A stretch of 14,880 nucleotides of DNA. Source: a virus. Both the position numbers and the translations under genes were made by a program. The notes under the pieces are model-generated. The model did no database searches and was not told where the DNA came from. It saw only the letters and a program-made list of their open reading frames with translations. Positions 8,730-14,871 of this stretch are shown here, in pieces. Location: the IMG/VR virus record IMGVR_UViG_3300045988_179254, positions 1 through 14,880 of that record, one strand, 5' to 3'. Every line of letters begins with the position of its first letter. The stretch's first letter is position 1.

Positions 8730-10500
8730 TTATTTTTTAAAGTTTACAATATTATGAATTGTCTTTTCTTCTTTTATAGTGAAATCTGTTTCAACTAAAA
8801 TTACACCACCGTTTTACATGCTTAAAAGTTAATTTACCCCCACAAGAAAACCCTGTTTTAAATTCTTCCCATTTTACAAAATCATAACAACTTTTAGGCA
8901 TTCCTGCACAAGTAATATTAATATTTCCGATCTATTTCTTCTAGATAACATTTTTGACGAACAAACCTTGCTTTTGTAAAATCACCTTCATGTTTCCATG
9001 CGCCAAGTCTTACGGGATCAATGTCACAAAATAGTTTTAATTCTTCAATAGGAAGTAAAGAATGAATTGAATCTGTGTCACTATAAATATATAAATCTTT
9101 TCCATACTTTTTAATTGAATAATCTTTAATTGCTTGACTTGTTCTAATTGTTTTTTCTCTTGCATAAGCAGTAATAAATGCGCCAATTGGTAAATAAATT
9201 CCGTCTTTTTGTTCTTTTGGTGAAAGTGAATAGTGAATAATTTCATCTTCACCGCAAATATGGAATTTTGCTTTGTACGTCAAGACTTGTTGCAAATTTG
9301 CCATACAATGCGTTAAGCATTAATTTTGCAAGAGTACGTTGCCCTTTATTTCCTGAAATAGTTGCTTCATTTTTTCTTGTAATCCATTTGTCAATGTAAT
9401 CTTTAAAAATTCCTTGAATTGCCTTAAACTTCCACCCACATACATATTCTAAATCGTAAACATCATATTGTTCAAAAAATAGTTTTAAATCTACATTTGT
9501 TAAAACTAAACAAACAATTTCATTTTGTGAATTTTCCAAATATTCATTTGCCCTAAAAAAGGAACGGTTATTTTTTATTTGTATTGTTGGAATTTTATTT
9601 TTCTTTAATTTAAAACTGCATGTTATCATTTGAATATATAATGAATAAACTTTGTCTTGTTTATATTCACCTTGAAAAAAGATAGGTTCACCAAATGGAA
9701 GTTCTTTTTCATACATAACAGACGGGTAAAGTGAATTTACGTCAAGAACACTGCCACATCCGCACGTCTTTTTCCTTATAAATTGGATTAAGGTAAGTAA
9801 ACCCACCTTTATATGCTTTTCTTAAATCCTTGTCAACTTCATAATCAAGCGGTGGAAAATAATGCAAAAATTTTGACTTTGAAAGTATTTGTTTGAAATC
9901 GTTTAGTGCATTACTTCCTTGTGTCATTTTCTTTAAATCTTCATCAAATAAAACTTTAAGTGCTTTTGCCACAATTAAAACGTCATTTTTTATATATTCT
10001 CTTTCTTCAAGTGTTAGTTCATGACCTTTTGGTCGTTCTTTTTTATAATCTATTTTTAATTTACTTACTTCTAAATTAAAACTTTTTGCAATTGCGTCAA
10101 CTGAAAAAGGAATAATCTTTAAAGAATCAAAAAATGTTACTTTGTGAACTTTTTTATTTTTCTTTTCAAAATATAATGTTATTGTATAAAATTGTCCCAT
10201 GTCACTTATTAATGTCGTAAATGTATTTTCTTTTATATCTTCATTTTCGGTCACGTGTGAAAATCCGTGTGTTAGCGCCCAATAAATTATAAATTCACCG
10301 TCAAATTTTAAGTTGTGAAAATAAAATGAACTGTTTTTTTCTTTTCTGCAGAACTCTATAAAATCGTCAATATTATTTCCAATTTGCAGATTTTCTTCAT
10401 TTCCTATTTCACAAACTGCCCATGCCCAAACCCACGTTTCGTTTTCTTTCCACACTGCCGTTTCAAAATCTGCAGTGAACTTTTTCACGTATATTTTCAC
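8730..10500 (-). CDS. Protein-primed family B DNA polymerase (φ29 type), expressed across four in-frame CGG +1 recoding sites
   Basis: Exo motifs ADFETAVW and YFHNLKFDGEFII; Pol A DVNSLYPSVMY; Pol B LMLNALYGKFA; Pol C YSDTDSIH; C-terminal KxGGVILVETDFTIK. Five reading-frame segments join exactly at CGG 9760-9762, 9252-9254, 8927-8929 and 8809-8811, ending at TAA 8730-8732, giving 588 aa. Annotated start is GTG. Confidence 0.95.
8809..8811 (-). other. CGG(T) +1 recoding site, polymerase site 4
   Basis: GTA AAA CGG TGG; shifted frame gives HVK[G]GVILVETDFTIKEEKTIH. It lies 39 codons after site 3 in the shifted frame. Confidence 0.88.
8927..8929 (-). other. CGG(A) +1 recoding site, polymerase site 3
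   Basis: ATA GAT CGG AAA TAT TAA; shifted frame gives EEID[G]NINITCAGMPKSCYDFV. Confidence 0.88.
9252..9254 (-). other. CGG(T) +1 recoding site, polymerase site 2
   Basis: CCA TAT TTG CGG TGA; shifted frame gives KIPYL[G]EDEIIHYSLS. Zero frame stops immediately. Confidence 0.88.
9760..9762 (-). other. CGG(A) +1 recoding site, polymerase site 1
   Basis: GAC GTG CGG ATG; shifted frame gives KEKDV[G]CGSVLDVNSLYPSVMY. Confidence 0.88.
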
Positions 10501-10504
10501 CCCT

Positions 10505-11267
10505 TTATTCTGTCATGCTATCTTCATCAATTTCAATTCCAAAATCTTGAACAAATGAATTAAATGCTTCTTGTGTATAAGTTTCGTCACTTTGATAAGT
10601 TAAATCACCGTGTTAATTCATTTTGTGATACAAAATTAAAGAATGAAATAGGATTTGTAAATGATCTTAATTTTTTCATAAGTTTTTCGTAATTATCAAA
10701 ATGTGAATATTTTTCCATTTCTTTTAAATAGTTTTCACGAAAAACAATTGCTTTTTTCATTGTGTAGTCACTTGTTCCCATTCGTGAAAGTCTTTCACGT
10801 AAACGGTTAAATTCATAACCAACTGCGCCTTCAATATTTTTTAAATTTTTAATTTGCGCTTCTATTTCACGAACACGCATTGAACCCATTTGTGCACGTG
10901 AAAATCCACTTTCCATTGGTTCATTTAATGATTTTAGTTCATTTTGTAAACGTATTTGTGCAATTCTGCTTTGTATTCCAAGTTCCCTACGTTCCCATTT
11001 TGTTATTTCTTCACCACTTTGTGTTTTATATAAATCTTCTGCACCTTCTCTTTGAAATCTACGTAAGGAATTTATAAGTCTGTTCAGTTCCCTTCTTGTT
11101 GTAATATTTTCTTTTGCTTCTGCATAACTAATTGTTTCAGGAAAATAAAGTTTGTTTTCTTCTGCTTGTAATTCATTTATTTTTTTGTTAAATCTTGCAA
11201 CTGCTTGTCCTAATCGTACAAAGTCACCTTGTCGCCAATTAATTTGTGAATCTGCCATTTCTTTCAC
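10505..11267 (-). CDS. Terminal protein (primer of DNA replication), expressed across one CGG +1 recoding site
   Basis: Directly upstream of the DNA polymerase; Arg/Glu-rich helical protein ending KLMKKLRSFTNPISFFNFVSQNELT, then [G]DLTYQSDETYTQEAFNSFVQDFGIEIDEDSMTE in the shifted frame, stop at 10505-10507, 2-4 nt before the polymerase gene. 253 aa, close to φ29 terminal protein length. Confidence 0.85.
10608..10610 (-). other. CGG(T) +1 recoding site, terminal protein
   Basis: TTA ACA CGG TGA: zero frame meets a stop right after CGG; shifted frame runs 33 more codons to the polymerase gene. Confidence 0.82.
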
Positions 11268-11273
11268 CTTCCT

Positions 11274-11645
11274 TTAATACATTAAAATATTCGTAATTAA
11301 ACCACACGAAGGTGTAATTTCTTTTTTGTTTTCTTCATCATAAACCCTAAACCCACGTTTTTCAATTTTCTTATATAATGAAAGCATAAACAAAATATCA
11401 AAATTTATATTTAAATTATATTTGACTTGTAATTTAAACGTTTCTGTTTCAATAAAACTTGAAATTTCATCTGCAAATTTCTTTTTATAAAATTCACTTG
11501 AAAAATAAAATATTAAACCTTTATATTTGAAATAATATTCACTTTCATTTAAATTTAAACAAATTCCTTTGACTGTTGTTTTCAATATTATGTCACCTTC
11601 CTTTCTATATATGACAAGAACTTGTGTATTTCTACACAAGCTCAA
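11274..11645 (-). CDS. Hypothetical early protein
   Basis: 123-aa ORF in line with flanking genes; true start may be internal. Confidence 0.6.
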   Translation of the reverse strand: MSLCRNTQVLVIYRKEGDIILKTTVKGICLNLNESEYYFKYKGLIFYFSSEFYKKKFADEISSFIETETFKLQVKYNLNINFDILFMLSLYKKIEKRGFRVYDEENKKEITPSCGLITNILMY

Positions 11646-12117
11646 ACCCTAATGATTTGTTACCTTTTTCCGTTTTGTTCTTTACAATTTTAATTTCAAA
11701 ACCTTCATCTGTTACACCAAACATTTGAAGATATCTCATCATTTGAATTGTAAAAACCTTTGAACCTGTTGCATAACTTTTGTTATTATCATCAATTAAT
11801 ATACAAGCCATTGTTGTTTCTGTATCTTTTATAATTTCGCCTGTTTCATCATCAATAATTGGTTCTTTCATCGGTTTTTTGTATCTCTTAATTAATACTT
11901 CTTTTACTCTTATAAGTTCACCTTCACAGTCATTTAATAAATTATCAACATGTGAATCTAAATTAAATATTTTCTTTTGATCTGTTATATTTGTGAACAT
12001 TTCCGCCTTTGTATTTGTACTTTTACTTAATGCTCCAAAATCTTGAACTGTTGCAAGCGCTGAAACTTCCTTTCCTTCGTTTTCTAAAACTTCATTTTTA
12101 AATTCTTCATTTTCCAT
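11632..12117 (-). CDS. Putative ssDNA-binding/replication accessory protein
   Basis: 161 aa; position upstream of the terminal protein gene; ALATVQDFGALSK, acidic segments and KGNKSLGFELV ending; family assignment tentative. Confidence 0.45.
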   Translation of the reverse strand: MENEEFKNEVLENEGKEVSALATVQDFGALSKSTNTKAEMFTNITDQKKIFNLDSHVDNLLNDCEGELIRVKEVLIKRYKKPMKEPIIDDETGEIIKDTETTMACILIDDNNKSYATGSKVFTIQMMRYLQMFGVTDEGFEIKIVKNKTEKGNKSLGFELV

Positions 12118-12278
12118 AATGAAACCTTCTTTCTCCTATTTTACGCATAGGTGCAAAATTTAAATTTACCCAACCACTTACAACCAACTAATTATATCTT
12201 GCTTTTTGGTTTAACAATAACCTTTATAAACTTTTTAATAGTTTTTCAAGTTGTTCTTTTAATTATTCCTTGTTACTT

Positions 12279-12503
12279 TCAATTTTGTAATTTTTCATCA
12301 ACTTTTAAACGTTTTTTCAAAATATTAGAAACTTCTTTTTCATATTTTGTTGCTTTTCTTCCTATTTCTTGAATTAAAATATCTGTTTCTATTGCCGTTA
12401 TTTCTTTATAATCTAGTGAATTAATTTCTTTTATTGTTATTTCTAATCTTACCATTTTATTTTTCTTCCCTTCTTCTAAATAATTCAACAATTTCTGCGT
12501 CAA
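12279..12503 (-). CDS. Hypothetical small early protein
   Basis: In-line ORF; likely true start at MVRLEITIKEINSL after GGAAGGGAAG, overlapping the upstream gene end. Confidence 0.5.
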   Translation of the reverse strand: MTQKLLNYLEEGKKNKMVRLEITIKEINSLDYKEITAIETDILIQEIGRKATKYEKEVSNILKKRLKVDEKLQN

Positions 12504-12687
12504 TTCTATCTTTTATATTTGTAATGTTTGCTTCTAATGTAGCCCTTGCGTCATATAAAATTGGAATACAGAATGCCTTTTCATTATCTATTCGTGCATA
12601 TACTTCATATTGTCTAAAATCTTTGAATTTTACGTCTATTCTAAAATTATAAATTTCTTCTAGCTTGTCCTGAATTTCATCTTCCAT
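12457..12687 (-). CDS. Hypothetical small early protein
   Basis: 76-aa ORF preceded by AAGGAGAG-type ribosome binding site. Confidence 0.55.
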   Translation of the reverse strand: MEDEIQDKLEEIYNFRIDVKFKDFRQYEVYARIDNEKAFCIPILYDARATLEANITNIKDRIDAEIVELFRRREEK

Positions 12688-12812
12688 TTTCTTTATTCTC
12701 CTTTCTTTAACATTTTAATAACTTTTTTATTTCACTATTCTGCAAAATTAATTTCATTTTATTTCTTGCTTCTTCTATTATGTGCATTTCAACTTGCAAA
12801 TTTTGAATTTCT

Positions 12813-12953
12813 TTATACTCTCCTTATATTTATTATTTGAACTTTTGCGTTTCCATACATATTTGTAAATATGCTTTGCGCTTGTACTGCGTCACTTGCG
12901 TTTATCATTATTTTACGAATTATTCCTTCCATTGAATAAGTTACTTCAAACAT
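12813..12953 (-). CDS. Small early ORF (46 aa) absent from the supplied ORF track
   Basis: Translation MFEVTYSMEGIIRKIMINASDAVQAQSIFTNMYGNAKVQIINIRRV*, preceded by GGTGAAGGAA. Confidence 0.5.
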   Translation of the reverse strand: MFEVTYSMEGIIRKIMINASDAVQAQSIFTNMYGNAKVQIINIRRV

Positions 12954-13347
12954 TTCCTTCACCTTCTTTCAATAATTTTTCAAAATCTTCAAAAGCTCTT
13001 TTAATTTTATCTATTTCAATAAAATTATTTTTAAAATAACCATTATTAAAATAAAATTTATCTGCAATTATAATTTTTTGCTTTGAATCTTTTGGTGCTT
13101 CACATTCATAAGCTTCATATTGATTTGTAATAGTTTTTAATTCTTTATTTTGTTCAATTAAATTTTTCATTTCATCTTTGTGAAATTCTAAATCAACATA
13201 AATTTTACAATTATTTTTTATATTTACATTACTTGCAAATAATTTTGCCGTTTCTAATTTATCAAAATGTCGGTACATTGTTTTAAAACCTTTTGGTGTG
13301 AATAATGTAAATCCAACAATAAAATCATAATCTTTTAAATTAGACAT
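12946..13347 (-). CDS. Hypothetical early protein
   Basis: 133 aa, GAAGGTG-type ribosome binding site upstream. Confidence 0.6.
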   Translation of the reverse strand: MSNLKDYDFIVGFTLFTPKGFKTMYRHFDKLETAKLFASNVNIKNNCKIYVDLEFHKDEMKNLIEQNKELKTITNQYEAYECEAPKDSKQKIIIADKFYFNNGYFKNNFIEIDKIKRAFEDFEKLLKEGEGNV

Positions 13348-13487
13348 TCAAATTTCACCTTCTTTCCATATTTTTTATAAACTGCTTTCAAAAACATTTC
13401 AAGTAATTTTGATTTTTCAATTTCAATGCTTGTGTCATTCCTAAAAAATTTTACTGAATTTTCAAATTCTAAATAATAAATTTTCAT
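13335..13487 (-). CDS. First early ORF (50 aa) absent from the supplied ORF track
   Basis: Translation MKIYYLEFENSVKFFRNDTSIEIEKSKLLEMFLKAVYKKYGKKVKFECLI*, strong AAGGAAGGGTG upstream, overlaps the start of the next gene, downstream of a consensus promoter. Confidence 0.6.
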   Translation of the reverse strand: MKIYYLEFENSVKFFRNDTSIEIEKSKLLEMFLKAVYKKYGKKVKFECLI

Positions 13488-13516
13488 TTGTGAATCACCC
13501 TTCCTTAATTTTCTTC

Positions 13517-13545
13517 ATTATATATGAAGAAAATAAAAATGTCAA
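13517..13545 (-). promoter_or_regulatory. Early operon promoter
   Basis: On the - strand, TTGACA (13540-13545), 17-nt spacer, TATAAT (13517-13522), about 30 nt upstream of the first early ORF. Confidence 0.85.
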
Positions 13546-13556
13546 TACTTTTTTAA

Positions 13557-13577
13557 AAACTTTTTTGAAAAAAGTTT
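13557..13577. promoter_or_regulatory. Candidate operator: near-perfect palindrome between divergent promoters
   Basis: AAACTTTTTT-G-AAAAAAGTTT; 10+10 bp inverted repeat around a 1-nt centre. Confidence 0.45.
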
Positions 13578-13602
13578 ATAGTTATATTATGTTCACTTTT
13601 AC

Positions 13603-13632
13603 TTGCATTATTCTTTATTTATGTGTTATAAT
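13603..13632 (+). promoter_or_regulatory. Promoter for pRNA-like RNA and packaging ATPase
   Basis: TTGCAT (13603-13608), 18-nt spacer, TATAAT (13627-13632) with extended -10 TGTTATAAT. Confidence 0.75.
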
Positions 13633-13638
13633 AAAAAT

Positions 13639-13748
13639 AGCGAAATTACAAGTTCAATTCGTTTGTAGTTTTTGCAGGGTAACCAACGTGAAGAACGTTC
13701 CTGTAAAATTTTACCGTGGTAGGTTGCAACGAAACTTTTAATTTTGCA
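13639..13748 (+). ncRNA. Candidate packaging RNA (pRNA) of a φ29-like phage
   Basis: Starts about 7 nt after the -10. Terminal helix GCGAAAUUA (13640-13648)/UAAUUUUGC (13739-13747), then AAGUU/AACUU (13650-13654/13733-13737). Internal hairpin UUUUGCAGG (13670-13678)/CCUGUAAAA (13700-13708) carrying a 5' bulge GUAACC (13679-13684) and head hairpin AACGU-GAAGA-ACGUU. The bulge is complementary to GGUUGC (13722-13727). Confidence 0.68.
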
Positions 13749-13773
13749 ATATTTTATAAGGAAGGTGAATGCT

Positions 13774-14803
13774 ATGCACTACTATGATTATCATAGAATT
13801 TTATCATATAACTGCCCCGTCAATGTCTTAATCGGCGAAAGACGGTTGTGGTAAAAGTTACGGTGCAAAAAAATATGTCATTGAACAATTTTTGAAAAAG
13901 CATTCACAATTCCTTTATTTAAGACGTTATGATAATGAACTAAAAGAAATATTTGAAAAAACAAAATCACAAAAAGACTTCTTTGACGATATAAAAGACG
14001 AATTCAAAGATCATAAGCTTGAAGCAAAAAATCGTAAATTTTATTGTGACGGCGAAGTGTTTGGATTTGCTAAACGTATGACAGAAGCACAAGATTTGAA
14101 GTCATCTGTTTATCAAAATGTTAAAATAATTATAATAGATGAATACCCTATTGAAAAAAATAAACGTTATTATTTGCCAAATGAAGGCATGATTCTTATG
14201 CGGTATTTTAGACAGTATTATTCGTAATAGAAATGACGTAAAAATTTTTATTTTAGGAAATGCAGTCGAGCGGAATTGAATATTCACCTTTATTTTCATT
14301 CTTTGATTTGTCACTTCCGTTTGGTAATGATATAAAACTTTTTAAAGATAATATTATTCTAGTTCAATATATGAATAATGAAGATTTTAGAAAAGATCGT
14401 GAAAATACTTTAATTCGGTAAACTTGCTAAACGGTACAATGTACGAACAATATGCTATGAAAAATAAAATACTTGATAAAAATAAAAATTTCATTGAAAA
14501 GAAAACAGGTTCAAGCAAATTTAGTTTTGCTTTAATTTATAACGGTGAAACATTTCGGTGTTTGGAATGATTATCACGAACGGCAAAATTTTTGTGTCAA
14601 CAGATTATGACAAGTTCAGTCCTTATTTATTCAGTATGACTTTGAAAGACCATTCACCAAACACACTTATGTTTAATGCAATGAAACGTTATAATTTCTG
14701 GAAGTTGTTTTTGGAAAACTTTAAATTAGGAAATGTTTATTTTGAAAATCAAAAAATTAAACATAGTATGTATGAATTAATTAAACTCTACTTTTCAAAA
14801 TAA
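13774..14803 (+). CDS. DNA packaging (encapsidation) ATPase, φ29 gp16-like, expressed across seven in-frame CGG +1 recoding sites
   Basis: Start ATG 13774 after AAGGAAGGTG. Reconstructed 340 aa: MHYYDYHRILSYNCPVNVLIGER[G]CGKSYGAKKYVIEQFLKKHSQFLYLRRYDNELKEIF...IIIIDEYPIEKNKRYYLPNEGMILM[G]ILDSIIRNRNDVKIFILGNAVE[G]IEYSPLFSFFDLSLPFGNDIKLFKDN...ENTLI[G]KLAK[G]TMYEQYAMKNK...SKFSFALIYNGETF[G]VWNDYHE[G]KIFVSTDYDKFSPYLF...LIKLYFSK. Confidence 0.92.
13843..13845 (+). other. CGG(T) +1 recoding site inside Walker A, ATPase site 1
   Basis: GAA AGA CGG TTG TGG TAA; shifted reading gives GER[G]CGKS. Zero frame product is 26 aa. Confidence 0.9.
14201..14203 (+). other. CGG(T) +1 recoding site, ATPase site 2
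   Basis: CTT ATG CGG TAT; shifted reading gives LM[G]ILDSIIRNRND. Confidence 0.88.
14271..14273 (+). other. CGG(A) +1 recoding site, ATPase site 3
   Basis: GTC GAG CGG AAT TGA; shifted reading gives NAVE[G]IEYSPLFSFF. Confidence 0.88.
14416..14418 (+). other. CGG(T) +1 recoding site, ATPase site 4
   Basis: TTA ATT CGG TAA; shifted reading gives NTLI[G]KLAK. Confidence 0.88.
14432..14434 (+). other. CGG(T) +1 recoding site, ATPase site 5
   Basis: GCT AAA CGG TAC; shifted reading gives KLAK[G]TMYEQY. It is only five codons after site 4. Confidence 0.88.
14556..14558 (+). other. CGG(T) +1 recoding site, ATPase site 6
   Basis: ACA TTT CGG TGT; shifted reading gives YNGETF[G]VWNDYHE. Confidence 0.88.
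14581..14583 (+). other. CGG(C) +1 recoding site, ATPase site 7
   Basis: CAC GAA CGG CAA; shifted reading gives YHE[G]KIFVSTDYDKF. Confidence 0.88.
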
Positions 14804-14842
14804 AAAAGTTTCCATGAAATAAAAAAAGTTTCATAAAGAACA

Positions 14843-14871
14843 TTGACAAATTATGTAGAATGTGGTATAAT
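14843..14871 (+). promoter_or_regulatory. Consensus promoter reading off the right end of the window
   Basis: TTGACA (14843-14848), 17-nt spacer, TATAAT (14866-14871), extended -10 TGGTATAAT. Confidence 0.85.

Noticed and set aside
9037-9252. 71-aa - strand ORF MKMKLFTIHFHQKNKKTEF
   Set aside because: Out-of-frame reading of the polymerase region that encodes YSDTDSIH in the correct frame.
8918-10500. Pseudogenised or simply error-ridden DNA polymerase and ATPase genes
   Set aside because: All indels are +1, all in phase at CGG, all motifs are intact, and reconstructed lengths match φ29 proteins. Random decay or noise would give mixed sizes, positions and phases. Artefact remains formally possible until reads are checked.
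2175-12652. Numerous + strand ORFs antisense to phage genes (for example 2175-2357, 2594-2791, 7622-7843, 10880-11077, 12151-12372, 12434-12652)
   Set aside because: Low-complexity products opposite well-supported coding genes; expected by chance in AT-rich sequence.
13490-13741. + strand ORF of 83 aa
   Set aside because: It overlaps two promoters, the palindrome and the structured RNA, has no protein-like composition, and starts without a convincing ribosome binding site.
13640-13747. tRNA or tmRNA-like molecule (GUUCAAUUC resembles a T-loop; ACCG at 13713-13716 could pair with CGGU)
   Set aside because: No proper T-stem pairing, acceptor/CCA geometry or anticodon stem could be built; the pRNA-like fold and genomic context explain the sequence better.
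14803-14842. Direct repeats AAAAAAGTTTCCATGAAAT / AAAAAAAGTTTCATAAAG as a CRISPR or tandem repeat
   Set aside because: Only two imperfect short units with no spacers; better viewed as part of the subterminal block shared with positions 80-151.
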